Shown here piece after piece: positions 39,064 to 52,610 of a stretch of 64,000 nt of DNA. This stretch comes from Camelus ferus (Eukaryota): positions 73,534,001 through 73,598,000 of the forward strand of contig NC_045696.1 of the NCBI RefSeq assembly GCF_009834535.1. Reading direction: 5' to 3'. Made by a program: the position numbers and the translations under genes. The notes beneath the pieces were generated by a model, which was not told where the DNA came from, made no database searches, and was given only the letters and a program-made list of their open reading frames with translations. Each line of letters begins with the position of its first letter. The stretch's first letter is position 1.

Positions 39064-40266
39064 CAGGCATACCTTGTTTTACCGCACTTTATGTTACTGC
39101 ACTTCACAGATACTGTGTTTTTTCTAAATTGAAGGTTTATGCAAACCCTGAGTCAAGCAAGTCTTGACTTTCTTGTTAGGACCTAATGTGGCTGGTGACT
39201 TTAAGATGAAGCCAATGCTCATAGAATTATACTACATCTATTCTGTCTGTTCTCTATAAATGGAAAGCCAAAACCTGTTTACAACATGGTTTCTTGAATA
39301 TTTTAAGCCCAATTTTGAGACTTAATGCTCAGAAAAAAAAATTCTTTCTAAATATTATGGCTCATTAACAATACACCTTGTCATACAAGAGCTCTGATGG
39401 AGATGTACAATAAGGTAAATGCTGTCTTCATGCCTGCTAACCCAACATCCATTATTCAGTCCATGGATCAAGGAGTAATTTTGACTTTTAAGTTTCATTA
39501 CTCACAAATACATTTTGTATTTATATTAAGAAACACTTCAGTGGAGGAAGTAACTACAGATATGGTAGAAATAGCAAGATAACTAGAATTAGAAGTAGAC
39601 CCTAAAGATGTGACTGAATTGTTGCAATCTCATGATAAAACTTTAATGGATGAGGAGTTGCTACTTGTGGATAAGCAAAGAAAGTGTTTTCTTGAGACAG
39701 AATCTATTCCTAGTGAAGATACTGTAAAGATTGTTGAAATGACAAAAAAGCATTTATAATATTACATCAACTTTAGGCAGTGGTAAGGTTAGAGAGGATT
39801 GACTCCAATTTTGAACGAAGTTCTACTGTGGGTAAAATACTACCACACAGCATTGCATCCTATAAAGAAATGGTTTGTGAAAGGAAGAGTCAATTAGTGC
39901 AGCAAATTTCACTGTTGTCTTATATTAAGAAATTGCCACACTCACCCTCTACCTTCAGCAACCACTGTTCTGATTAGTCAGCAGCCATCAACATCAAGGC
40001 AAGACTCTCCACCACCACAAAGATTACTACTCACTGAAGACTCAAATGATGGCTAACATTTTTTAGGGATAAAATAATTTTTTAATTAAGGTATGTACAT
40101 TTTAAAAAACATAATGCTATTGCACATTTAACAGACTACAGTGTACTGTAAACATAACTTTTATATGCACTGGGAAACCAAAACATTTGTGTAACTCACT
40201 TTATTGTGATATTTGCTTATTATGGTGGTCTAGAACTGAACCCACAATATCCCTGAGGTATGCCTA
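39064..40266 (+). mobile_element. Tigger1 (pogo/TcMar) DNA transposon, internally deleted
   Basis: TIRs caggcatacct...aggtatgccta followed by TA; DDE-domain remnant [23 protein letters not shown] (39397-39582) and ERIDSNFERSSTV (39780-). Confidence 0.92.
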
Positions 40267-41123
40267 TACAGAGAAATGATTACACAAAGAAATAATTACA
40301 GATATGTGCATATACTAGGTTAGTATACACACATATACTTCCTTTCTGTATCAGCTGAGAGAACCCAAAAGAAATGACATGCCATAGCATGAGCACACCT
40401 AGCACCCAGATCTTATTTCTAACAACATTTTCCAATAAAAGGATCCAGAGCTTCTTGGAGACATGGTTGATTCTACAAGTAGGGAGAAACTATACAGGTT
40501 GAGACTAGAGCATTTTATGTGCCAGAAAGTCAGGACATACTTAGGGAAAAAAGAAAACCTATATGATGATCAAAAACACACAGAAGCTAACTGGAAGAGC
40601 TCCCAGTGACCAAAGATGAAATAATTTTAACTTTGAATAAATTAGTATTTGATTATAACCCAAAGTATAAAATAAATCTCTATGAGTCCATACTGGTATA
40701 AATAAATTATTGAATAAGTAAATAAATGGGGAAATGAGACAAATCTCCTTGCAGAATATTTCTAAATAATTTATATAGATACTCTGCCCTCAAGGAAAGA
40801 GAGCACAATTCCTTACTCCTTAAGTGTGACCTCTGCAAGTGCCTTCCTTCCCGAGAGATCAGTATGGAAAGTGGGAAACAGACTAACTTTACAGTAAAGA
40901 AATCTGACAAACACCATCTCAACCAGGTGATTAAGGTCAACATCAACAGTGATATATCATGTTAATAATATGTACCCTTGACGTGCTGCAATGTGACTTC
41001 ACCTCTGTGGTATACCTTCCAAAACCCCGTAAGCCCAGTTTCATTATAAGAAAAGTATCAAAGTCCAATAGAGGGTATCCTATAAAACACTTGACCAGTA
41101 CTAGTCAGAACTGTCAAGGTCAT

Positions 41124-41586
41124 TTTAGTAAGTTAAATAAAGACCACCCAAGGATGTCAGTTCCTAATCTCTGGAACTTGTAAATGTTACCCTTTTTGGA
41201 AAAGGAGTTCTTTGTAAATGTAATTAAATTAGGGCTTCTGAAGTGAAGACATTATCCTGGATTATCTGAATTGGCCTAAATGCCATCACAAGGGTCCTTA
41301 TAAGAAAGATGGAAAGGGAATCTAATGCAGAGACACATATAGAACAAGGCAATGTGAAGATGGAGGCAGAGATTGGAGTGAGGCAGCCACAAGCCCAGGA
41401 AGGCCAGGGCAGCCACCAGAAACTGGAAGATGCAAGGAACAGATTCTCTCCTAGAGCCCCAGAGAGAGTGTGGCCCTGCTAGATTTTGGACAGTTAGCCT
41501 CCTGAACTGTGAAAGAATATATTTCCATTCTTTCCAGCCATCAAATTTGTGGTAATGTGTTATAGCAGGCACAAGAAATTGATACG
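41124..41586 (+). mobile_element. MaLR solo LTR (MLT1C-like)
   Basis: gatgtcagttcctaatctctggaacttgtaaatgttacc...gtgaagatggaggcagagattggagtg...tttgtggtaatgtgttatagcag...aaattgatac; 5-bp TSD-like gtcat/atcat. Confidence 0.85.
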
Positions 41587-41943
41587 ATCATTGAAAACAA
41601 AAGTCTGAGTAACTGACATAGCCAAGAGGAGTTTAAGGAGACATGACAACAAGGTGTCATGGGATATGTGATATTCTGGATGGGATCCTGGAATGAAAAA
41701 TTTATATTAGATTTTAAAAACTCTAAGAAAATCTGAATAAAGTATAGACTTCATTTAATAATACTATATCAATATCAGTTCATCAATTATAATAATACAC
41801 TATACTAATGTAAGATATTAACAATAGGGGAAATTGGGGATGAGGTATATAGGAACACTCTGCATTATCTTTTAATTTTTTTTCTGTAAATATAAAACTG
41901 TTATAAATGTTAAAGTGTATTAAAAATGTAAACATTGATAAAT

Positions 41944-42793
41944 GGATTCCGCCCCTATGGAAAACAGTATAGAGGTTCCTTAAAAAAATAAAAATAGAGC
42001 TATCATATGATCTAGCAATTCCAATCCTGGGCATATATCCAGAAAAGATGAAAACCTTAATTTGAAAAGATACATGCACCCTAATGTTCACGGAAGCACT
42101 ATTTACAATAGCTAAGACATGGAAACAACCCAAGTGCCCATAAACAGATGACTGGTTTAAGAAGATGTGGTGTATATATATACAATAGAATATTACACAG
42201 CCCTAAAAAAGAATGAAATATTGCCATTAAAGATACATGCACCCTAATGTTCACGGAAGCACTATTTACAATAGCTAAGACATGGAAACAACCCAAGTGC
42301 CCATAAACAGATGACTGGTTTAAGAAGATGTGGTATATATATACAATAGAATATTACACAGCCCTAAAAAAGAATGAAATATTGCCATTTGCAGCAACAT
42401 GGTTAGACCTAGAGATAATCATACTGAGTGAAGTCAGTCAGATGAAAATCAATATCATGATATCACTTATATGTGGAATCTTAAAAAAAAACAAACCCAA
42501 TACAAATGAATTTATATACAAAACAGACTCACAGACAAAGGAAACAAACTTATGGTTACCAAAGGGGAAAGAGAGGAGGACAGGGATAAATTAGGAGTAT
42601 GGGATTAACAGATACAAACTACTATACATAAAATAGATAAGCAATAAGGATATACTGTATAACACAGTGAACTATAGTCAATATCTTGTAATAATGTATA
42701 ATGGAAAATAATTTGAAATATACATAAAACTGAGTCAATTTGCTGTACACCTTTAAAACTAACACAATATTGTAAATCAACTATACTTCAATT
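41944..42793 (+). mobile_element. 5'-truncated cetartiodactyl L1 (ORF2 C-terminus plus 3'UTR) with ~22-bp TSD
   Basis: EILPFAATWLDLEIIILSEVSQ...LICGI; 3'UTR aacttatggttaccaaagggg; TSD aaaaatgtaaa(c/t)attgataaat at 41922-41943 and 42794-42815. Confidence 0.9.
42066..42389. repeat. Near-perfect tandem duplication of 163/161 bp inside the L1 fragment
   Basis: aaagatacatgcaccctaatg...gaaatattgccatt at 42066-42228 and 42229-42389; the copies appear to differ only by a 2-bp indel. Confidence 0.95.
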
Positions 42794-42899
42794 AAAAATG
42801 TAAATATTGATAAATAACACTGTGGAAACAAAATCTATATGATTACAACAAACCCTGGTTATAAGGAATGAAAGATGGTGATGTGTGGGACTGGGATAC

Positions 42900-45250
42900 A
42901 GCTAACTATTAAGTTTTAACATAGAAAAAAATGTTTCAATATGTTCATTAAAAATTTTAAGGTAAAGAACAAAGAAATTTTTTTTCAAGCCCCTAAAAGG
43001 GAAAATAATTTAATCTAGGAGGAAAATCAGGATAAGGAAAAATATATATACCTAATAAAGTATGATAAAATGCAAACACAAAATAAAAGGGTAATAATAA
43101 GACAAAACATATCAATAAAGTTAATTATTTCATTTCTAGCAATATGCTACTTACAATAGTAAAAGGTTAAAAATAAAGCATAGATAAATATACGTCAGGG
43201 AAATCACAATAAAAGAAAGCATGTGTGCCATTATTAGCATAAAAAAAGTAGAATTCAAATCAAAAAGCATGAAATGGGACAAGGAGGGATTTATAGTGAA
43301 ATAAGCTGTAATTCCCTCGAGAAGATAACTATAGTCATGAACCATCAGGACTAAAGAATACACCATCAAAATATAAAGCAAAAGCTAAAAAAAAAAAATG
43401 TGGCTTTATCCACAAAGTCAAAATTATAATAGAAAACCTTAACTCATCCCTTTCAGAAAAGGACAGAATAAGCAAGAAATAAAAGAAGTTTACTGAGAAT
43501 GTGAATAACACTATTACTAGATTTATTTTATTAATGTATATAGAATGAATACCAAACTTACAAAGAATATATTTTCCTGCAGAATTCTGAAATACTGCCA
43601 AAAAAATTGCCATGAGTAAAGTCACAATAAAACCATCAATGAATTCTTCAAAGTTGAAATTTACAGGCCACATTATCTAGTCACATTCAGTACTATAAGC
43701 TAACAACAAAAGTAGACCATTAATCTACTTATAAATAACCAACTACAGGAATACCACATATTAAAACCAGCAGGATGCAACTAAGGTAATAACCCTAAAT
43801 ACATTTATTTGAAACAATTGAAAATAAACTAAGTGTTCAACTAGAGAGCTATTTAAAAAACCCAACAAAATAAATAAAACGATTATTTTAAATGAAAAAT
43901 TATTAATAAATAAAAATTCATGAAAAAAGATAAAAATGACAGACCTAAGAAGTAAAAAGTCTTTGAAAAGACTACTAACACAGAAATATGCATAACAAGT
44001 CTAACCAAGAAAGAGAGAGATAAGGCATAAATAATAAAAGATGGAGAAAGAGAAGCAATCTTAAAATGGAGATTATTTTTATTATAAGAGAATACTGTGT
44101 GCAACTCCTTAACCAATAAAATTGAAACTATAAGAAAGAGATTATTACATAAGAATATTTAAATGACCAAAGTGCAAAAATGATAAAAAGTCTGAAAATT
44201 CAGACCAATAACCATAGAAGAAATGGAAAACAAAGCCAAATATTTATTCCCCCCAAATACACCAGGGCCAGGTATTTTTATATGAAAAGTCTATCAAAAA
44301 TTCAAAAACTAAGTAAATTCCATGTAATTTAAATTTCTCAAACTCAGTAGAGTTGGAAACTAAGAAAACATAAAATGCCAAAGTATTCTCATTAAATCTG
44401 GAGATAAAACAAGGATGTTCATTACCTATTACTATTATTCTGGTAGTTTTAGACAATAAATTAATCAGGGAAAAGAAATCAAATGGCACAATTATCAGAC
44501 AGAGACCAAACTATATGATTGTCTACCCAAGACAATTCAAAAATCTAAAAATATCAACTGACAAAATAGTAGAAGCACTAAGATAGTTCTACTAGGATTT
44601 TGGATATAAGGCAAATATATCAAAATCAATAATTTTATACACTTGTAACAACAGAAGAATCATAAAATTTTTAAAAATCTATTTAGAAAACAAAGATATA
44701 AAAATTTCATAATTTTATAGCTTACAATTTGATTAAGCAAGAAAATATTTATCTAAAAATACACAAGTACACTGTGCATAAAATCATAAAACTTCACTGA
44801 AAGAGAGAAAAGGAGACCTCCAAAGAGGAGAAATATATCACATTCCTGGATGAAAGGATTCAACATGGAAAGGGTATCAACCCTTTCCTAAATCCATCAA
44901 TTCAATCTAAGTCCAACCAAAATCTCATTTATATTAACATATTTGCTTTAAATTAAAGAGGTTTTCCTAAAAAAAAAATGCAGAATTATAAAGAAATTCA
45001 TGAAAAATAAATAAATTGTGGAGCCTAGCTCTACACATTCAAAGTATGCCTTAAATTATCTTAAAAACAATGTGATCCTGGTACAGGAACTGAAAAATAG
45101 GTCAGTGGAAGGAAGAGAGCACAGAAACAAAATCAGGCAAACATGCGAACATAACATAATAAAGGTGATATTTCAAACCTGTGAGGAGATGATGTATTAA
45201 ATAACATTAACACAATTATATGAAAGAACTTTCCAAAGAATATTGTTAGG
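42900..45250 (+). mobile_element. Ancient, heavily decayed L1 ORF2 remnant
   Basis: A-rich, with residual ORF2 motifs (acaccagggccagg; ctggagataaaacaaggatgttcatta; atatcacattcctggatgaaaggattcaac). Confidence 0.6.
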
Positions 45251-45255
45251 TTACA

Positions 45256-48200
45256 GGCAGGATGAAGATGGCAGAGCAGGGAGACCCTGAGACCACCTCC
45301 TCCCACAGACACACCAAACCTACAACTACATATAGAGCAACTCTCTCTGAGAACATGAAGACTAAAGAACATCTCTTCTACAATTAAGGATATGATGAAA
45401 AAACCACACTAAGACGGGTAAGAGGGGAAAAGAAGCAATCGAGCCAGGGCCCACACCCCTAGGGGGCAACGCAAAGGAGGAAAAGGATATCACAAATTTG
45501 GAGGTCCTCCCTAAACAGTGAGGGGCACCCCAACCTTGGGAATCAGCACTAGGAAGACAAGCCCCCTCAAATGGTTTTGAAAACTAGTGAGACTTATGCC
45601 TGGGAGAGACATTGGGCTGCAGGAAACCAAGATTCTGCTCTTAAAGTGTGTGCACACAAACTTACTTGCTCTGAGTCCCAGAGCAGAGATAGGTGCCTGG
45701 TACTCTAGGTGGACTGTGAAACCTGCCCCGGCACACTCCCAGCCCACACCCGACTCCAGCTCCAACCCCACCCCACCAAACTGGCAGCCCCCAGTGCACC
45801 CCAGAAGAACTTCTAGTACCAAAACGAGACAAAGACACTACAAAAAAAGAAAAAGCACAAGCCAATATTCCTGATGAACATAAATGCAAATATCCTCAAC
45901 AAAATATTAGCAACCAAATTCAGTAATACATTAAAAGGATCATACATCATGATCATATGGGATTTACTCCAAGGAAGAAAGGATGACTCAATATCAGAAA
46001 ATCAGTCAATGTACATCACATCACAAAATGAAGGAAAGAAATCACATGAGCATTTTAATAGATGCAGAAAAAGCATTCAACAAAATTCAGTATCTATTCA
46101 TGATAAAAAGTCTCAAGAAGAAAGTTTATAGAGAACATACCTCAACATAATAAATAACATTTATGACAAACCTCCAGCTAACAATCATCACACTTAATGG
46201 TGAAAAGCTGAAAGTTTTCCTCTAAGATTAGAAACAAGATAAGGATGCCCACTTTCACCACTTCATCAAGATAGTATTGGAACGCCCAGCCATGGCAGTC
46301 AGACAAGAAAAAGAAAGAGAAGACATCCAAATTGGAAGGAAAGAAGCAAAACTTACTACTTGAAGATGACATGATACTATATATAGAAAGCCCTAAACAC
46401 TTCACCAAAAAAAAATACTGTAAGTAATAAATGAATTCAGTAAAGTTGCAGGATAAAAAATTAGTATATGGAAATCCATTGGAAAAATAAATCAAGAGAA
46501 CAATCTCATTTACAATCACATCAAAGAGAATAAAATACCTAGGAATAAATTTAAACAAGGAAGTAAAAGACCTGTAGTCTCAAAAGTGTAAGAAATTTAT
46601 GAAAGAAATCAAAGACAACACAAATAAATGGAAAGATACTCTGTGCTCATGAGTTGAAGAATTAAAGTTGTTAAAATGTCCATACTATCCAAAGCAATCT
46701 ACAAATTCAGTGTAACCTCTGTCAAAATACCAATGGCATTTTCACAAAACAAAAAGAAATAATCCTAAAAATTTTATGGAACCACAAAAGACCTCAAATA
46801 GCCAAAGCAATCTTAGAAAGAACAAATGTAAAGGTATCACCTTCCCTGTCTTCAAACTATTAACAATATTATAGTAATCAGAACACTATGGTACTGGCAC
46901 AAAACAGACACCTTGATCATAAGGACAGAATAGAGAGCCCAGAAATAAACACATGTGCATATGATGTCAACTAATCTACGACAAAGGAGGCAAGAATATA
47001 GAATGGAGAAAAGACAGTTTCTTCAATAAGTGGTGCTGGAAAAACTGGACAGCTATATGTTAAAAATGAAACTAATCCATTTTCTCACACTATATACAAA
47101 AATAAACTCAAAATGGAATAAAGACTTAAATGTAGTACCTGAAACCATAAAACTCATAGAAGAAAACATAGGCAGTATGCTCTTTGAAAGTGGTCTTAGA
47201 AATATTTTTTGTATATGTCTCATCTGGCAGGGGAAACAAAATAAAAAATTAACAAATGGGACCACATAAAACTAAAAAGCTTTTGCACATCTAAGGAAAC
47301 CATCTAAAATCAAAAGGCAACTACTGAATGGAAAAAGATATTTGCAAATGATATGTCTTATAAAGGGTTAATATTCAAAATACATTAAAAATCATCCAAC
47401 TCAACATCAAAATACAAATAATTCAATTAAAAATGGGCAGAAAATATGAATAGACATTTTTCCAAAGAAGACACACATGGCCAACAGGTACATGAAAAGA
47501 TGCTCAGCATCACTCTCATCAAGGAAATGCAAATCAAAACCACAATGAGATATCACCCCACACCCATCAGAATGGCTATTATCAAAAAGACAACAAATAA
47601 GAAGTGTTGGCAAGGCTGTGGGTAAAAGGGAACCTTCATGCACTGTTGATGGGAATGTAAATTGGTATAGCCACTATGGAAAACAGTACAGAGCTTCTTC
47701 AAAGATTTTAAAATAGAGCTATCATATGACCCAGCAATTCCACTTCTGAGAATTTATGGAAAGAAAATGAAAACACTAACTAAAAAGATATACGCACCCC
47801 ATTGTTCACTGCAGCATCATTTATAGTAGCCAAGATATGGAAGCAATCTAAGTGTCCATCAACAGATGAGCAGATAAAGGATACACAAACATGTACATAC
47901 ACACACAAAATGAAGCTTTACTTTGCTAAAAAAATGGAATCTTGCCATTTTAGGCAACATGGTTAAACTTGGAGGGTATTATGCTGAGTGACATAAGTCA
48001 GACAAAGACAAATCCTGTATGTTTTCACTCATATGTGAAATATAAAAAATAAAACAACTAAACAAATATAACAAAACAGAAACAGACTCACCGATAACAG
48101 AGAACACCCTAGTGGTTGCTAGAGGGGAGGTGGAGGGACGGCAAAACAGGTGAAGGGAATTAAGAGTTACAAACTATCAGTTATAGAATAAATAAGTCAT

Positions 48201-48338
48201 AGGGATGTAATGTACAGCACAGGGAATATAGTCAATAATATTGTAATAGCTTTGCATGGCACATAATCTATAGAAATATCAAATCACTATGTTGTACATC
48301 TGAAACTAATAGGTAAGTCAACTATACTTCAATATAAA
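45256..48338 (+). mobile_element. Mid-age L1 with its 5'UTR fused directly to the ORF2 RT region (ORF1 and EN missing)
   Basis: 5' aagatggcag...cctcctcccacagacacaccaa; from ~45813 taccaaaacgagacaaagacac...MNINANILNKILA; runs through the ORF2 C-terminus and 3'UTR to tcaactatacttcaat. Confidence 0.88.
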
Positions 48339-50831
48339 TCAATCAATCATTTGAACAAACAACATAATTATGGTTGTCCTTATGTAAAGGAAAAACAATG
48401 GTCACATTGAATGTGTTTCTACTTTAAGCAGGTTTTAGTTTGTAATGCACATTTGAGTAAATAAATTAGAAAAAAACTGTATTTTTAATTGATACCACAA
48501 AAATGTTATAGTTTTCAGTGGCATTAAACTTCGCTTTTATAGGCAAGATAAAGCAATTGAGCCAGTTATAGGAAACCCCTCATTCTAATGGACTAAACTT
48601 AGGGAAGCTCTGTGCAAGAGACAGATTTTCATCTGGGCCAAGAGAGGTAACCTAAGAAAGTGCAATGAAAAAACTGAGCCTGGCCCCACTGCCAGGACTA
48701 GCATTCTTCATCTGTACTATTCTGTGACCCCCTAAGCCACACCCCTTCTCCCCCAGGCTTTTCAAATAGGAGATCTGGTTCAGAAAGATCCTGCCCTCCA
48801 CCTCCTGATGCCAGCCACACACCGCCTGTAAACTATAAAGTATAAATGGCCAAGACTTAGAGTATTTTCCACTGAAATCCAGGGCAAGGAGGAAGAAGAC
48901 AGGAGTTGCTTCCTTGCATACACCCTTGCTTTAAGAGCCCAGGGTTCCTAAGTGCTTTTTATGGTTTGTTGACCATTAGAGCATTAAAATGGGAAAGCCG
49001 ATGATCTACTGCTACTGCTGAAACTGTTAGAACTTCCAGTGGACCCACAATTTAGATGATGACCTGGTTGTTCAATTCCCAAGAGGCCAAGCTCAAGTCT
49101 CCAGCACCCAATTAAAACCCACAGTGGATCACTGAGCCTCTGTAACAATCAATATACTGATAAAACTCACAGGGCTTTTTAGAAAAGTCAACATACAGAA
49201 AAAAATTTCCTGGGTATCTCCCACGGTGTACCTGCTAGTTTCAGAATACGGCCTGTCCCGCCTACACTCTGAGTATTGCACCATCCATCAAACCAGAAAT
49301 GTCTCTCCATCTCTCTGGGCGAAACACACTGAAAACAGCACAAGTTCCAAGGGTTTCATTCCACATGCCAAAATTTTGTTCCTAGCATTCTAACTTGAAG
49401 CAATTAGCAAGGCTGAGAACTCTAGGCAAGGAGTATTTAGACTCTGATTTAAGTCGATGACTAAACTCGTACAGAAGATACATGAAATGTGGGGCAGCAT
49501 GGACTGTAGAGGAGGATTACTAGACAATGCACAGCTACAACTACACTTTGTACATAAGTACAAAGGAAATGCACTCTGAATCAGGCAGACATATTTCCAT
49601 ATCTACACCAATCTAAGGATTTCACTAATTCCCAAACTAGAAAAAGACATTTAGAATCTTAGGAGTAGCTTGTTGTTTACTATAACTTTAATAAGCCTTA
49701 CACAGTTATTTCATAGCATTATTTCAACCATTCTCAATTATTTCTTTCTGGCATCTTTATTTTAAAAGTTCTAAGTAAAAATCATTTTTAGAAGACACCT
49801 ATCTGAGCCAAGTAAATTCAAATGACAATTAGCTGATTTCAAAGCCTGGGTTCCGAGATCAGATAACTAGCCCCACTTTCTCCCTAAACAAAGACCTATT
49901 CCTATTTGGGTATACCACAGGTGGTTTATTTATTACTCCAGTTATTTTGTCGTCATTTTTAAAATGCTAAAATTATCCCTACTCCACCTGTCAAATAAAA
50001 CATTCTCTCCTATTTTCACTTCACACTATACTGGCCATTCCTTGTGCCTAAAGATTCCAACCAAAAGATTAAATACATACATGTAATGTCTCCTCCCCAG
50101 TTTTTGTCTTATTCAGTTCAATTCAGCAAAAGAAAGATTATTCATGACTCTGATCATGCTGAGTTCTTCTTGACCCCTACTTAGAATGTGGCCAATTAGA
50201 CTAGAACAAGGCTGTCAATCAAACTAGACAGTGATCTGTTACTTCCTACGCTGAGTTTTTTCTCAACCTCAAGTCAATGTAGAATATAGTGCCTAATCCC
50301 TGGCTTGTCATATGTCTATCTTTAAGGAAAAAGGAAAACCAAACATCTCTTGAGGACTATTAGGGATGCTGAGTAATATCAGATCTACAACAGGAAAACT
50401 AGTATCAAGAACAAAACATCACCAAATTGTAAAGCTCTGCCTTAGTTTATCACCTTGACCTGCCATGTCATTTTCAGTCATAAACTTTGAAGCATCTATG
50501 CATCTGACAAAGGAAGCAGCCAAAGAAAATGAGAACAAAAAAAAAAAAGAAAGAAAGAAAGAAAAAGTTTTCAATGATTGTTCCCAACCCAGTCTAATTC
50601 TATCCAGGTAGGTTGTCCTTTGTCCAGTACTTGGGATCCTAAAGCTTCATTGGGAGAAATCTTTCCTAAACAGAGATTAATTATGATATTCCGATTCCCC
50701 ATTCAGGAAAGACTCCCTGGCTCATTAGTTTTAGGAGAAATTCACCACCTTTGAAGATGAACTCATTTTTTTTTCTTGAAGAGTGACATTTTTTAAACTA
50801 TCATTTATCAAACAATTAAGAAGTGCTAGGT

Positions 50832-51903
50832 ACCAGAGGTAAAACAAGAAGACAACCTACGGAATGGGAGAAAATTTTTGCAAATGAAACCGACAAAGGC
50901 TTGATCTCCAGAATATATAAGCAGCTCATACAACTCAATAAGAAAAAAATAAACAACCCAATCCAAAAATGGGCAAAAGACCTAAACAAGCAGTTCTCCA
51001 AGGAAGACATACAAATGATCAAAAGGCACATGAAAAAATGCTCAATATCACTAATTATCAGAGAAATGCAAATCAAAACTACAATGAGGTATCACCTCAC
51101 ACCAGTCAGAATGGCCGTCATTCAAAAATCCACAAATGACAAATGCTGGAGAGGCTGTGGAGAAAGGAGAACCCTCCTACACTGCTAGTGGAAATGCAGT
51201 TTGGTACAGCCACTGTGGAAAACAGTGTGGAGATTCCTCAAAAGACTAGGAATAGACTTACCATATGACCCAGGAATCCCACTCCTGGGCTTGTATCAGA
51301 AGGAACCCTACTTCAGGATGACACCTGCACCCCAATGTTCATAGCAGCACTATTTACAGTAGCCAAAACATGGAAACAGCCTAAATGTCCATCAACAGGT
51401 GACTGGATAAAGAAGAAGTGGTATATTTATACAATGGAATACTACTCAGCCATAAAAACCAACAACATAATGCCATTTGCAGCAACATGGATGCTCCTGG
51501 AGAATGTCATTCTAAGTGAAGTAAGTCAGAAAGAGAAAGAAAAATACCATATGAGATCGCTCATATGTGGAATCTAAAAAACAAAAACAAAAACAAACAA
51601 AAACAAAGTGTAAATATAGGACAGAAATAGACTCATAGACAGAGAATACAGACTTGTGGTTGCCAGGGGGGTGGAGGGTGGGAAGGGATAGACTGGGATT
51701 TCAAAATTGTAGAATAGATAAACAAGATTACACTGTACAGCACAGGGAAATATACACAAAATGTTATGATAACTCACAGAGAAAAAAATGTGACAATGAG
51801 TGTGTATAAGTCCATGAATGACTGAAAAATTGTGCTGAACACTGGAATTTGACACAACATTGTAAAGTGATTATAAACCAATAAAAAATGTTAAAAAAAA
51901 AAA
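50832..51903 (+). mobile_element. Young 5'-truncated L1, same family as 16329-23837, inserted in a minus-strand MIR
   Basis: [12 protein letters not shown]...[11 protein letters not shown]...CWRGCGE; 3'UTR close to 23520-23837; AATAAA plus poly(A); 14-bp TSD aagaagtgctaggt at 50818-50831 and 51904-51917 at a TT/AAGA endonuclease site. Confidence 0.97.
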
Positions 51904-51917
51904 AAGAAGTGCTAGGT

Positions 51918-52110
51918 GCTGTGCTAGGATATTTAGCTTTCATTAGCTCCATTCCTCATAATAACACTGGAAAATAAGTATAATTCACTCCATTTTAAGA
52001 TGAGGCAACTAGAGGCTCAGAGACTAAATAATTTACTCAAGATCACAGAAGCAATAGAGCGGCCAAATTGGGATTCAAACCCAGCACTGCCTGACTTCAA
52101 AGCTCATGAT
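51918..52110 (-). mobile_element. MIR SINE (target of the L1 insertion)
   Basis: ccattttaagatgaggcaactagaggctcagaga...ttactcaagatcacag...gggattcaaacccag. Confidence 0.8.
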
Positions 52111-52162
52111 TTGTACTGCACTTAATCCATCCTTATCTGCTCTTAAGTTTGCATTTTGGGCT

Positions 52163-52610
52163 TGTTACGGGTTGTACAGAGTCTCTCAGAAGGATGCTGG
52201 AATCCACAGTCCCCCAGTACCTATGAATGTGACCTTATTTGGAAATAGGGTTTTTTGCAGATGAACAAGTTAAGGTGAGGCTTTCAGGATGCGCTCTAAT
52301 CCAAAATGACTGTATCCTTATTAAAAAAAGAAAAAAAGGAAACTTTGGACCCAGAGAAATAAACAGAAGAAAATGTGAAGCAAAACACAGGGAGAATGTC
52401 ACCTACAAGCCAAGGAATGTCAGAGAGAGGCTATCAGAAGCTACGAGAGGGAAATGGAATAGATTCTCCTTCACAGCCCTCAGAAGGAACCTACTTTGCA
52501 AACACCTTCATCTCGGACTTCCAGCCCCTCAAACGGTGAGACAATAAATTTCTCTTGTATAAGCTACACAGTTTGTGGAACTTCGTTATGGTAGCCCAGG
52601 AAACTACTTC
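52163..52610 (+). mobile_element. MaLR solo LTR (MLT1B-like)
   Basis: ccccagtacctatgaatgtgaccttatttggaaatagggt...ggacttccagcc...gtgagacaataaatttct...tttgtggaacttcgttatggtagccc. Confidence 0.85.

Larger units (their letters stand above)
36985..41925 (+). mobile_element. L1MC-type LINE-1, internally deleted (5'UTR/ORF1 start joined at ~38325 to the 3' end), interrupted by a SINE, Tigger1 and MLT1C
   Basis: 5' end ttcagctcaccatgtaaagaatttggaagtagtcactccc...; L1MC3-like 3' region gaaaaggtgctgacctaagtaactttggaaatgagtggagtctgtaagactaaa...gtaagatattaacaataggggaaattggg. Confidence 0.75.

Noticed and set aside
39151..39169. Small hairpin (agtcaag-N5-cttgact) at the Tigger1 internal deletion junction
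   Set aside because: A 7-bp stem is readily explained by chance juxtaposition.
45454..45470. CTCF-like cccctagggggcaac in an L1 5'UTR (and gccagagggggca at ~8439)
   Set aside because: Weaker matches inside repeats; not supportable without data.
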